A stretch of DNA of 32,000 nt from Kineococcus radiotolerans SRS30216 = ATCC BAA-149 (lineage in GTDB: Bacteria > Actinomycetota > Actinomycetes > Actinomycetales > Kineococcaceae): the NCBI RefSeq assembly GCF_000017305.1, contig NC_009664.2, positions 4,350,001 through 4,382,000 of the forward strand. The letters are read 5' to 3'. The notes under the pieces are model-generated. The model saw only the letters and a list, made by a program, of their open reading frames with translations. It did no database searches and was not told where the DNA came from. The translations under genes and the position numbers were made by a program. Shown here piece by piece: positions 1-9,523 of this stretch. The first letter of the stretch is position 1. Every line of letters begins with the position of its first letter.

Positions 1-579
1 GAGGTGCAGTTGCCTGCCGGCGCTGACGCCGCCCGGGCTGACCTGGCCGCGGCCCGGACCGGGATCCAGGAGGTGCTGCGCGAGATGCAGCAGATCCTGC
101 AGGTGCTGCGGGTGGAGGACGGGCAGACGCTGACTCCGACTCCCGACGCCAGTGGCGTCGAGCAGCTCGTGGACGTGGCGCGCTCGGCCGGCCTCGACCT
201 GGCCGCCGACCTCGGCGATCCCAGCGACCTGCACCGGCCTCTGCCTGCGCAGGTGGGATCGGCGACCTACCGCATCGTGCAGGAAGCCTTGACCAACGTG
301 CAGAAGCACGGGACCGGCAGTGCGCGGCTGCGGCTGGACATCGCCGAGGACGGTGTCCGCATCGAAGTCGTCAACCCGTCGGCCCGCACCGGCCCGCCAC
401 CGACCTGGGGGACCGGGGCCATCGGGGGGATGGGGCTGGACCGGTCCTCCGGTGGGCACGGGCTGATCGGCATGTGTGAGCGCGCCACCGCCGCCGGTGG
501 CCGACTCGAGGTGTCGCACGATGGCGACGTGTTCCGTGTTCGGGCGCACCTGCCGGTGCGGAGAGGAGATGTGGGGTGA
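1..579 (+). CDS. sensor histidine kinase, C-terminal part (5' end lies outside the window)
   Basis: The reading frame is open to the window edge. It carries HATPase_c-type motifs YRIVQEALTNVQKHG and GGHGLIGMCERA, typical of NarL/LiaS-class kinases. The stop overlaps the response-regulator start (GTGA at 576-579). Confidence 0.85.
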   Translation, partial: EVQLPAGADAARADLAAARTGIQEVLREMQQILQVLRVEDGQTLTPTPDASGVEQLVDVARSAGLDLAADLGDPSDLHRPLPAQVGSATYRIVQEALTNVQKHGTGSARLRLDIAEDGVRIEVVNPSARTGPPPTWGTGAIGGMGLDRSSGGHGLIGMCERATAAGGRLEVSHDGDVFRVRAHLPVRRGDVG

Positions 580-1235
580 TCAGCGTCATGATCGTCGACG
601 ATCAGGAGATGATCCGGGAGGGACTGCGCACGATCATCGGCGCCCACCCGGACCTGCAGGTGGCTGCTGTCGCCGGCGACGGGCTCGAAGCGCTGAAGCT
701 GCTGGAGTCGACAGCGGTCGACGTGGTCCTGATGGACATCCGCATGCCCGGCATCGACGGGGTGGAGGCTACCCGCCGCATCCGCGCCACCCGCAGCAGC
801 GCGCAAGTGCGGATCTGCGTCCTGACCACCTTCGACAACGACGAGAACGTCCTGCGTGCCCTGAAGGCCGGCGCCGACGGCTTCCTCAGCAAGGGCGCCG
901 GGCCGACCGAACTGACCGCCGGGATCCTCGACATCGCCGGCGGGGGAAGCGCTCTGTCTCCCACCGCCCTCAGCGCCGTCGTCACCCACGTCGCTGAGGA
1001 CAACTCCGTGCCCGACGACCCCCAGGCCCTGAAGCTCTTCGCCGCCCTCACCGCCCGCGAACGGGAGGTCGTGGAGGCCATCGTGACCGGACTGGACAAC
1101 CAGCAGATCGCCGAGGCGATGTTCGTCTCCCCGTTCACGGTGAAGACCCACGCCAACCGCGCCATGAGCAAGGTCGGCGCCCGCGACCGGGCCCAGCTCG
1201 TCTCGATGGCGGTGCGGGCCGGGATGCGTCCCTGA
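576..1235 (+). CDS. two-component response regulator, NarL/LuxR family
   Basis: There is a receiver domain (VMIVDDQEMIREGL...VVLMDIRMPGIDG) and a C-terminal LuxR HTH (LTAREREVVEAIVTGLDNQQIAEAMFVSPFTVKTHANRAMSKVG). It is translationally coupled to the upstream kinase. Confidence 0.92.
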   Translation: MISVMIVDDQEMIREGLRTIIGAHPDLQVAAVAGDGLEALKLLESTAVDVVLMDIRMPGIDGVEATRRIRATRSSAQVRICVLTTFDNDENVLRALKAGADGFLSKGAGPTELTAGILDIAGGGSALSPTALSAVVTHVAEDNSVPDDPQALKLFAALTAREREVVEAIVTGLDNQQIAEAMFVSPFTVKTHANRAMSKVGARDRAQLVSMAVRAGMRP

Positions 1236-1255
1236 GCCCGGACGCGATCGGCGGC

Positions 1256-2536
1256 TCAGCCCAGCTGCTCGCGGAGGTAGTTCATGCCGATGCTCAGGTG
1301 CGCCTGATTACCGATGGAATCGGCGGCGATCTGGGTGTAGATGTGCCAGCTCAGCGGGATCTCCGCGACCTCGACGTCGACTCCGGCGGCGCGGGCCCGC
1401 TCGGCGAAGTCGAGCACGCTGCGGGTCGGGACGAGGGTGTCGCGGGTGGGTTCGATGATCAGCGTGGGCGGGGCCTGGGGCGAGAGGTAGGTCGCGGTGC
1501 TGACGGCGTCGTAGCGCTCGGGGAACTCCTGCGCGGTGCCCCCGATGTACTGCTGGCTCAGTCCGGCGCCGTTGAGGGGGCCGAGAGAAACGGTGGAGGC
1601 AGCGGAGGCGCGGACGTCGGCGGCGGGGTAGTCGGTGACGACCGCGGCGGGGACGGGAACCGTGCCACCGCACGAGGACAGAGCCGTTCCCTGCGCGGCG
1701 GAGTAGGCGGCGTTCAGGGCCAGGTTGCCGCCGGCGGAATCCCCCCAGTAGGCGAGGCGGTTCATGTCGACGCCGAGTTCGGTGGCGTGCTCGGACAGCC
1801 ACGCCGCTGCGCAGCTCACCTGCGCCGGGGCCTTGTCCCAGGTGGGATTGCTCTCGGTGGAGAGCTCGTAGTTGACCGAGACGACGACGTAGCCGGCGTC
1901 AGCCAGTGCGCGGTGGTCGGCGGCGGTGGTGGTGCCGCTGCCCTGGCTCCAGCCTCCGCCGTGGACGTAGAGGACCGCGGGGGCGAGGTCGGATGCAGGA
2001 TCGTCACCGCGGGTGGCGGGGGTGAAGATGTCGAGGGTGAGTTCCTCGCCGTCCTGCGTGCGGTCGTAGGTGCGGACCTCGTCGGGCGCCGGGGCGCTGA
2101 TGGAGGAGAGGCCGAACGTGGCCTTGGCCAGGTTGACCGAGCCGCCGTGGTCGCTCACCGCGCCCACGATGACGGCGACGACGACGACGTTGGCGACCAG
2201 GCTGGCGGCGCCGAGGACTGCGGCGGTTCCGCCGCTGCGGCGAAGACCCCGCCGCCAGGCGATGACCCCGATGGCGGCGATGACCAGACCCGCCAGCGCG
2301 AACTGCGGGCTGAGGGTGGCGGCGAGGAGGTTGGCGATGGCGCTGAGCAGGCCGAGCCCGGGCACCAGGCTGCCGACCGTGAGCACCGCCACGACCGCGG
2401 CGACGATCAGGGCCAGGGTCAGCAAGATCGCCCAGCCGAGCTTCGCCCCCCGCCCGCGTCGCCGGGCGGGACGAACACCTGCCCCAGCGGCACCGACGGG
2501 TTCGGAGGTACCGGCGGGTTCGGTGGGGCTGGACAC
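1256..2536 (-). CDS. membrane-anchored alpha/beta hydrolase (esterase/lipase, Abhydrolase_3-like)
   Basis: 426 aa ORF. The N-terminus has about 4 hydrophobic helices. The catalytic domain has an HGGGW oxyanion motif and a GDSAGG nucleophile elbow. Confidence 0.85.
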   Translation of the reverse strand: MSSPTEPAGTSEPVGAAGAGVRPARRRGRGAKLGWAILLTLALIVAAVVAVLTVGSLVPGLGLLSAIANLLAATLSPQFALAGLVIAAIGVIAWRRGLRRSGGTAAVLGAASLVANVVVVAVIVGAVSDHGGSVNLAKATFGLSSISAPAPDEVRTYDRTQDGEELTLDIFTPATRGDDPASDLAPAVLYVHGGGWSQGSGTTTAADHRALADAGYVVVSVNYELSTESNPTWDKAPAQVSCAAAWLSEHATELGVDMNRLAYWGDSAGGNLALNAAYSAAQGTALSSCGGTVPVPAAVVTDYPAADVRASAASTVSLGPLNGAGLSQQYIGGTAQEFPERYDAVSTATYLSPQAPPTLIIEPTRDTLVPTRSVLDFAERARAAGVDVEVAEIPLSWHIYTQIAADSIGNQAHLSIGMNYLREQLG

Positions 2537-2692
2537 GGGAACTCTCCGATCAGGGTGAGCGAGGGGGACAGGCGATGTGGCGCGCAGTGGGTGACGGGCT
2601 GATCCCGTGCGAGCCGCACCGGATCCTGCACCTCGCGCCTGCTGCGCCGACGCGCTGCTCGAGGACTTCCCGCGGCGGGACCGAGGGGCGGG

Positions 2693-3145
2693 TCAGCGCA
2701 CCGGCAGAGCGCGGCGGAAGCCGGCGACGGCGATGACGGCGGTCGTGATGTGCATCAGGGCCAGGGCGATGACGCCGCCGGTGGTGGAGCCGGCCATGTT
2801 CGGGGCGGTGGTCAGGTCGGGAACGAAGGAGACCAGCAGCACCACCGGCACCAGGACGCGCAGCAGGCGGGCCGGGCGGGCGGCGGTGCGGCGGACGACA
2901 GCCCAGCCGGCCAGGGCCAGCAGGACGCCGATGACGGTGAGGAAGACGTAGGCGTCGGGGGTCAGCGGGGTGAAGGTGGCATCGGCGCCGGCGGCGAGGG
3001 CGATCTGGGCGATGACGGCGTTGACCGCGGACGCGGCGACGACGGTGGCGGCGATGATGCCGGTGCGGGCCAGCCCGGAGCGCCGGGCAGCGGGGGCACC
3101 GCCAGCGGCGGCGGCGTTGGACGTGGCGGGCGTGTTGATGGTCAC
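2693..3145 (-). CDS. small integral membrane protein (about 4 TM helices; resembles DUF6069-type proteins from memory)
   Basis: 150 aa ORF with four hydrophobic segments. It sits directly downstream of the AT-rich operator pair at 3173-3220. Confidence 0.7.
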   Translation of the reverse strand: MTINTPATSNAAAAGGAPAARRSGLARTGIIAATVVAASAVNAVIAQIALAAGADATFTPLTPDAYVFLTVIGVLLALAGWAVVRRTAARPARLLRVLVPVVLLVSFVPDLTTAPNMAGSTTGGVIALALMHITTAVIAVAGFRRALPVR

Positions 3146-3172
3146 GGGGAACCTCCAGGGCGGGGGACGATT

Positions 3173-3220
3173 ACTTGAAGCTTCATCGGACTCTAAGCGG
3201 TAGGACTTGAACCGTCAAGT
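3173..3220. promoter_or_regulatory. paired palindromic operator-like sites (ACTTGAAGCTTCAt and ACTTGAACCGTCAAGT), homologous to 6683-6731
   Basis: AT-rich island in GC-rich DNA. There are two inverted repeats with half-site ACTTGA/TCAAGT, starting 32 bp apart. They lie 28 bp upstream of the minus-strand start at 3145. The same arrangement is found upstream of doxX. Confidence 0.6.
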
Positions 3221-3389
3221 AAAAGTTCTTGCGGTGAGGACGTGGTGGTTGGGCGTGCGGCTTCGCTCCCGGCGACCGGCCGATCATCGCCCGGGCGCAC
3301 CCCAGGGCCGCTGGCAGCCGGATGCCCTCCGGCCTGCGGCCGGAGGGCATCGCCTTCTTCCGCGTGGACCGCGAGGTCCGTGCGGCAGC

Positions 3390-4262
<873 letters not shown>

Positions 4263-4381
4263 GGATCTCTCCTGGTGCGAGCTGGTTCGGGGCCGCGCAG
4301 CGTTCACGACGTTTCCGGGGGGTCCGAACGGTGGTGATCTAGCGGTGGGTCTGGACACCGGGGTGGACCAGGAGCGGGCGG

Positions 4382-4422
4382 GCCACCTCGTGAGCGGGAA
4401 TGTTCACCGCTCACGAGGTGGC
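4382..4422 (-). terminator. perfect 16-bp stem / 9-nt loop hairpin downstream of the reductase gene
   Basis: GCCACCTCGTGAGCGG-gaatgttca-CCGCTCACGAGGTGGC lies 37 bp after the minus-strand stop at 4459. No U-tract follows, which is common in high-GC actinobacteria. Confidence 0.55.
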
Positions 4423-4458
4423 GCAGCCGGTGGGGGTGCTGCTGGGGTGGTGCTGGGG

Positions 4459-5031
4459 TCAGGAGACGACGGCGAAGCCGCCGGTCCAGCCGATCTGCTC
4501 GCTGGCGGCCAGGCCGATCTGCAGGTAGGCCAGAGCCTCCAGCTCACGGGCGCGAGCCAGCGGGCCGGCGTCGACGGTCTTGAGCCCGGCGGCGGCGACG
4601 ACCGCGACCAGGGCGGCCTTGGCCTCGGCGTCGTCCCCAGCCAGGACGACGGTGGTGGTCTGCCCGCCGACGGTGCCGGCGGCCAGGGTAGGCCCGAAGT
4701 TGGTGTTGAACGCCTTGACGACCTTGGAGTCCGGCAGGGCTTCGGCGATCTGCGCGGCCGCGGAGGAGTCGGCGGGCACGGTCAGGGAGAAGGTGGCGAA
4801 GTCCAGGGGGTTGGTGATGTCGACGACGACCTTGCCCGCCAGCTGGTCCTTGCGGGCGGAGATGATCTCGGCGACCGCGGCGTGGGGGACGGCCAGGACG
4901 ACGATGTCGCCGGTGACGGCCTTGTCGGTGTCGGCGTGGGCGATGACCTCGGCGGTGTTGCCGCCCTTGGTGACCAGGCCGGCGATGGCCTGGCCCATGT
5001 TGCCGGTGCCGATGACGGTGACAGTGGACAT
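4459..5031 (-). CDS. NADPH-dependent F420 reductase-like / NAD(P)-binding oxidoreductase
   Basis: MSTVTVIGTGNMGQAIAG is a dinucleotide-binding motif, and overall the protein resembles the NpdG/F420_oxidored family. The ATG at 5031 has GAGGAG upstream. Confidence 0.8.
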   Translation of the reverse strand: MSTVTVIGTGNMGQAIAGLVTKGGNTAEVIAHADTDKAVTGDIVVLAVPHAAVAEIISARKDQLAGKVVVDITNPLDFATFSLTVPADSSAAAQIAEALPDSKVVKAFNTNFGPTLAAGTVGGQTTTVVLAGDDAEAKAALVAVVAAAGLKTVDAGPLARARELEALAYLQIGLAASEQIGWTGGFAVVS

Positions 5032-5245
5032 GGAGGTCTCCTCGTGGTTGGGGTGGTGCGGGTGTTCGGTGAACCGTCGTCGATGACGGCGACGGAGTCT
5101 TGGGGTCAGGACCACGACTCGGACTCGACGTGGTGGGCGGTCCTGGCGGATCGAGCGGTTCTGCTGGTTGCGACCCAGCTGTGCCTCTGGCCTCGTAGCC
5201 GGTCCAGGCGCCGCGAGTCAGGCGTCGCGGTTCAGGCGACCTGGT

Positions 5246-6124
5246 TCAGGCGACCTGGAAGGAGCGCTTGGCCATGCCCATCGCGTAGTCGCTGATGATC
5301 ATCTTCGGCGCGGCGGTGGCGTCGGTGGCTGCGCCCATGGTGATGAACAGCGGGGTGAAGTGCTCCACCGTGGGGTGGGCGTAGGGCATGCCCGGGGCGC
5401 GGCGGTAGTCGGCGAGGGTGTCGATGTCGCCGCGCAGCAGGGCCTCGGTGCTCCAGGCGTCGAACTCGCTCGACCAGCCCGGGATGGTCCCGTACATGAT
5501 CATGTCGCGGGTGATGTAGGGCAGGCCGTGGGTCATGTACCCGGAGCCGATGACCAGGACGCCCTGCTCGCGCAGCGGGCGCAGGCGCCGGCCGAGATCG
5601 AGCAGCTTCTGCGGGTCGTGGGTGGGCATGCTCAGCTGCAGCACCGGCACGTCGGCGTAGGGGTACATCACCTTCAGCGGCACCCACGCCCCGTGGTCCA
5701 GACCGCGGGTGGCGGAGGTGTGCAGGGACTCGGTGTCGGGCATGAGGGCCGCGACCTGGGCGGCCAGGGTGGTGGCGTCGGGGGTGGCGTAGGTCATCTC
5801 GAAGTAGCGCTGGGCGAAGCCGCCGAAGTCGTAGACCAGCGGGGTCGCTGCGACCGGGGAGGAGAGCATCGCGCTCTGGGACTCCCAGTGCGCGGAGACG
5901 ATGAGGACCGCGCGGGGGGTGGGCAGGTTCTGCGCCCAGCCGAAGAGCTGGTTGATCCAGTGCGGGTCGTCGAACAGCGGCGGGGCGCCGTGGCTGAGGT
6001 AGAGCGCCGGCATCGGCCCGTCGGCGGGGGTCCAGGCGTGGCGGGTCTTGGCGGCCGGGGCGACGGTGCGCAGGAAGTCGTCGAAGGCGCCGGCGGGGTT
6101 GGGGTTGTCGAAGGGGTTGGGCAC
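5246..6124 (-). CDS. class III extradiol ring-cleavage dioxygenase (LigB / 4,5-DOPA-dioxygenase-like)
   Basis: MPALYLSHGAPP...SAHWE...GSGYMTHGL are motifs of LigB-family dioxygenases. The GTG at 6124 is preceded by AAGGAG. Confidence 0.85.
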   Translation of the reverse strand: MPNPFDNPNPAGAFDDFLRTVAPAAKTRHAWTPADGPMPALYLSHGAPPLFDDPHWINQLFGWAQNLPTPRAVLIVSAHWESQSAMLSSPVAATPLVYDFGGFAQRYFEMTYATPDATTLAAQVAALMPDTESLHTSATRGLDHGAWVPLKVMYPYADVPVLQLSMPTHDPQKLLDLGRRLRPLREQGVLVIGSGYMTHGLPYITRDMIMYGTIPGWSSEFDAWSTEALLRGDIDTLADYRRAPGMPYAHPTVEHFTPLFITMGAATDATAAPKMIISDYAMGMAKRSFQVA

Positions 6125-6266
6125 GGTCGGCTCCTTCAGAGTCAGCGCAGGGCGGGGAGGTGCAGAGCAGGGAGGTGCAAGGCGGTGGATCGGTGGGGCG
6201 GTGAGGCGTCGGGGGGTGGATCGGCAGAAGCCGGTCCGAGCGAGAGCCGGTCCGAGCAGGAGCGGG

Positions 6267-6641
6267 TCAGAAGCTGTAGGGGCCGAAGCGCAGGATCGCC
6301 AGGACCAGGGCCAGCACGCCCAGGACGAGGGGGCCGCCCAGGGCCTTGGACTCCCCGCGGCGGGCGTGGACGACGACCGCGCCGAGCATCACGATCGCCA
6401 GACCGGCCGCAGCGAGGGGGGTCAGGATGGTCGCGGTGCCGAGGGCGGCGGGCAGGATCAGCCCGAGCGCGCCCAGCACCTCCAGGGCGCCGATGGCCTT
6501 GACCTTGCCGTCGCTGGAGTCCTCGACCCAGGCCATGCCGGAGGCGGCGAGCTTGGTGCGCGGCTGGGCCAGCTTCATCAGGCCGGCGCCGAGGAAGGCC
6601 AGGGCGAGCAGGCCGGCGACGATCCACAGGACGACGTTCAT
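6267..6641 (-). CDS. DoxX family membrane protein
   Basis: 124 aa with four TM helices. LAFLGAGLMKL and GALEVLGALGLILP are typical of DoxX. Confidence 0.85.
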   Translation of the reverse strand: MNVVLWIVAGLLALAFLGAGLMKLAQPRTKLAASGMAWVEDSSDGKVKAIGALEVLGALGLILPAALGTATILTPLAAAGLAIVMLGAVVVHARRGESKALGGPLVLGVLALVLAILRFGPYSF

Positions 6642-6682
6642 GAGGTGCTCCAGGCGGTGAGGTGCGGGGCGGGTGCCCTACG

Positions 6683-6761
6683 ACTTGAATCTTCAATCGA
6701 CTGTAGACCCCTCCAACTTGAGACGTCAAGTAAAACTGGCCCGGCATCGCATGAAATTTCA
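6683..6761. promoter_or_regulatory. divergent doxX/marR control region with three palindromic operator-like sites
   Basis: The sites are ACTTGAATCTTCAAt (6683-6697), ACTTGAGACGTCAAGT (6716-6731) and TGAAATTTCA (6752-6761). The first two are colinear with 3173-3220. The region lies between the doxX start (6641) and the marR start (6776). Confidence 0.65.
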
Positions 6762-6775
6762 CGTAAGCTGGGGGC

Positions 6776-7258
6776 ATGGACACCCCCGACCAGCCGCGCT
6801 GGCTCACCGACGAGGAGCAGCCGGCCTGGATCGCACTGGCGGGGGCGTTGATGAAGGTGCCCGCCGTCTTGGATGCCCAGCTGCAACGGGACGCGGGCCT
6901 GAGCTACTTCGAGTACGCGGTGCTGTCGTGGCTGTCGATGCAGCCGGAGCGCACCACGCGCATGAGCGACCTGGCCGAGCTGGTCAACAGCTCCCTCTCC
7001 CGCCTCTCGCACCTGGCGCGCCGACTGGAGAAGCAGGGCTGGCTGACGCGCCGGCCCGACCCCACCGACGGGCGCTACACCCTGGCCACCCTCACCGAAG
7101 ATGGCTGGGAGAAGGTCGCTGCGGCGGCCCCCGGGCACGTGGAGGCGGTGCGCCGGGTCGTCTTCGACCCCTTGACCAAGACGCAGGTCAAGCAGCTGCG
7201 CGAAGTCGGTGACCGCCTCCAGCGCGCCGCAGACGATGAGGCCCACCGCCCCGACTGA
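6776..7258 (+). CDS. MarR family transcriptional regulator
   Basis: Winged-helix region MSDLAELVNSSLSRLSHLARRLEKQGWLTRRPDPTDGRYTLATLTEDG. Transcribed divergently from doxX. Confidence 0.9.
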   Translation: MDTPDQPRWLTDEEQPAWIALAGALMKVPAVLDAQLQRDAGLSYFEYAVLSWLSMQPERTTRMSDLAELVNSSLSRLSHLARRLEKQGWLTRRPDPTDGRYTLATLTEDGWEKVAAAAPGHVEAVRRVVFDPLTKTQVKQLREVGDRLQRAADDEAHRPD

Positions 7259-7301
7259 AGCTCCCGGCCACGAGCTGGCAGCTCGTCAGCGCGCGATCGA
7301 T

Positions 7302-7880
7302 CTAGCGCACATCGCCTTCCCCGTTCGCCGGGGGGGGGGCTCGAATGCGAAGCCCCGTGAGCTTCTGATGGGCGCGCTGCAGCTCCTCTCTGGTCTGGTC
7401 GAGCTCGCGGAGGTAGTCGCGGGCGACCTCGCGGGCGGCGGTCAGGTCCTCGTTGCTGGTGGTGATCGTGGTCTCCAGGGAGCGGGTGGTGTCGCGTCCG
7501 TTCATCAGCTGGACCCGGAGCTCAGCGACCTCGCCCTGCGAAGCAGGAAGGCGTGCCTTGAGGGCGTTGTAGGAGGCCGCCGCAGTGGGGTCGGCGTGGT
7601 CGATCGGCGGCCGTTGATGGCTGTTCTCGCGCAGATGCCGGGCCTCCTGGAGGAGGTCTGGCCTGCGGCGCAGGGTGTGTGGGTGGACACCGGCCGCCCG
7701 GGCAACCGACTGGACGTTGATGGGTCGGCCACCACGCTGCAGAGCGGTGATCGCCGCCGTGATCTTGCCGCGGTTGGCGGCGGCCTGCTCCTTCTTGGCC
7801 GCGATCGCCCGGCTCGGGTTCTGGCCGCCTGCCGTCGCCCTTCGTGTTGGGTTGACGCCAGTGGGCGTGTCCGGGCTCAC
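7302..7880 (-). CDS. DUF6262-like HTH / coiled-coil protein associated with tyrosine-recombinase elements
   Basis: ITAAITALQRGGRPINVQSVARAAGVHPHTLRRRPDLLQEARHLRE is followed by a coiled-coil. The start overlaps the integrase stop (GTGA). The gene contains a G10 tract at 7330-7339. Confidence 0.65.
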   Translation of the reverse strand: MSPDTPTGVNPTRRATAGGQNPSRAIAAKKEQAAANRGKITAAITALQRGGRPINVQSVARAAGVHPHTLRRRPDLLQEARHLRENSHQRPPIDHADPTAAASYNALKARLPASQGEVAELRVQLMNGRDTTRSLETTITTSNEDLTAAREVARDYLRELDQTREELQRAHQKLTGLRIRAPPPANGEGDVR

Positions 7881-8722
7881 GAGAGCACCGCCGGACCGGA
7901 GGTGGTCGCGCCGCCTCCGAGGTTGAGGCCACCGGTGCGGACTCGTGTGCGGAAGTCACGCTCGACCGGGGTCAAGGCGTCCAGATGAGCGCTCAGGAGC
8001 GTGAGCATGCGCCGCCACCCGTCCCGGCGGGCGCTCAGAACCGCGACGTGGTGGGGCTCGAGGTCGCTGTCACCTTCGATCAGTAGGCGTTGCAGGGTAA
8101 TCGAGCAGGTGTGGATCTCGGTCTTGATGTCGGCGATGTTGCTGGGGTCAGCGGCGAAGTGATCGCAACTGAAGCACATGCGGTCGTACTCGCAGCCCTC
8201 CCGGCCCAGGGCGAGGACCTGCGGGTCGGGAGCAGTTGTTCGTCCCGATGTCCCGGGCCGGCGCACTGGCCAGCAGCCCCCTGGTCGCTGGTCGCCCGTG
8301 AGTGTTCAGCCGGTGCGCGGCGAGCAGCTCGACGGCTTCGCGAAGCTTCTCGTCCTGGACCCGCACGTAGGAGTCGATCGTGGCCTGCACGTTGGTGTGG
8401 TCGCGAGTTCCTGGACCAGGGAGATGTCGGTGCCGAGGTTGACGAGGTGCTGGAGGCAGGTGTGGCGGAAGAGTCTGACCTGCAGGAGGTCGGGGTTGAT
8501 TCGAGTGCTTCCGAGGTTGAAGCCCGGGATCCCCCGCTCGGATGGTTCGCCGCGATCGGCAACCATCCCGGCCCCAGTGGATCGAACCGCTCGGGCGACA
8601 CCGGAACGAACTCGGTCAGGCGTTTTCCCCTGGTGGGTTCCGTGCCTGGTGAGACGAACGTGTCGGGGAAGAGGCAGGATCCTGGATCGGTGGGGGGTGG
8701 GTGCTGGTGCAGGCCGGTTCAC
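7877..8722 (-). pseudogene. tyrosine recombinase/integrase, frameshifted and N-terminally truncated
   Basis: Consecutive integrase motifs are spread over three minus frames. They are RGKRLTEFVPVSPE, then RLFRHTCLQHLVNLGTDISLVQEL, then HTNVQATIDSYVRV (catalytic Tyr context), then the C-terminal GCEYDRMCFSCDHF module. At least 2 frameshifts are needed. No core-binding domain and no first catalytic Arg region are present. Confidence 0.8.
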
Positions 8723-8783
8723 CGCTCACGGCTTCACCGTAGGCGGCATCCGTCGTCGCACCAGGTCGTCGACGTCATGACCA

Positions 8784-8805
8784 GCAGGATGACCGCACGT
8801 CACGC
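8784..8805 (+). repeat. junction repeat, copy R (variant GCAGGATGACCGCACGTCACGC)
   Basis: First copy of the family. It lies between the truncated integrase 5' end and the MBL gene stop. Confidence 0.6.
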
Positions 8806-8831
8806 AAGACTGTGACGGGTGCCGGTTGGGG

Positions 8832-9491
8832 TCAGCGGTGACCGCCGCGGCGCAGTCGTGCGGAGATGGTGTCGATGCGTTCACGGGTTTCCGCGGTGGT
8901 CGTCGTGGCGAAGCAGGGCCCGCCTTCGGTGGTGCCCCAGGGCACCAGGACGTCGAAGTCGAGGTCGCGGACGAGGGCCAGGCTGTCCAGGTAGTCCTGT
9001 CGCGATCCCGGATCCAGCAACACGGCCTTCCACTCTCCCTCTTCGATCCACAGGAAGTCCCCGGTGAACAGGAAGCGGTGCACGCCGCTGTCCCACAGGT
9101 AGCTGGTCGTGCCGGGTGTGTGCCCCGGTGTGGGGATGATCTCCAGGTCGTCGTCCAGCACCTGGCGGTGATCGAAGGTGGCGGTGATGCGCATCGAGCG
9201 GGCTGCCTCGGCGAGGTCACGTTCGTGCACGTGCACGGGCGCATCCACGGGCGGGTCGCCGTACATCGCCTCGTGCGCATGGTTGAGCAACAGCCGCGAC
9301 ACCCCGCCGAGGTCGGCGATCGCCTCGGCGGCGGCGGTGATGCCGGGGGAGTTGTAGACCACGACGTTGCCTGCAGGTCGCTGCAGCACGAAGGAACGCA
9401 GCAGGACGTTCTGCTGGTAGGGCAGGCGAGCGGTGCCGGTGGCCCGCAGGGTCTCGACGGGCATGTCCAGGGGCGGGGTGGAGGAAGGCAT
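8832..9491 (-). CDS. MBL-fold metallo-hydrolase
   Basis: LLLNHAHEAMYGD and IIPTPGHTPGTTSYL are metallo-beta-lactamase-fold motifs. The ATG is at 9491. It lies 32 nt downstream of tetR, so the two are probably an operon. Confidence 0.8.
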   Translation of the reverse strand: MPSSTPPLDMPVETLRATGTARLPYQQNVLLRSFVLQRPAGNVVVYNSPGITAAAEAIADLGGVSRLLLNHAHEAMYGDPPVDAPVHVHERDLAEAARSMRITATFDHRQVLDDDLEIIPTPGHTPGTTSYLWDSGVHRFLFTGDFLWIEEGEWKAVLLDPGSRQDYLDSLALVRDLDFDVLVPWGTTEGGPCFATTTTAETRERIDTISARLRRGGHR

Positions 9492-9523
9492 GCTGGTGCA
9501 CCGGTTCCGGTCGAAGGAGACGC

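Larger units (their letters stand above)
7302..8722 (-). mobile_element. remnant of a tyrosine-recombinase mobile element (DUF6262-like gene plus decayed integrase)
   Basis: This gene pair is characteristic of actinobacterial multi-recombinase elements. The integrase is frameshifted and lacks its N-terminal half. No terminal repeats were identified. Confidence 0.5.

Noticed and set aside
2927-2948. Partial matches to the repeat inside coding regions: 2927-2948, 5008-5027, 22951-22970, 28479-28500 and 30178-30196.
   Set aside because: They match only GATGAC(C/G)G plus a few bases. They are explained by the local codons (for example VTVIG or MTVIV on the opposite strand) and lack the GCGGG prefix.
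5082-5126. Possible degenerate repeat boxes in the left, core-like part: cGATGACGGCGACGGAGTC / CAGGACCACGACTCGGAC at 5082-5126, GGGACCGAGGGGCGGG at about 2671-2690, and GCCCGGACGCGATCGG at about 1239-1254. Also weak candidates at 20139-20162 and an inverted one at 14963-14977.
   Set aside because: Similarity is low enough to arise by chance in GC-rich DNA. They are kept only as sites to re-score once a proper model of the repeat exists.
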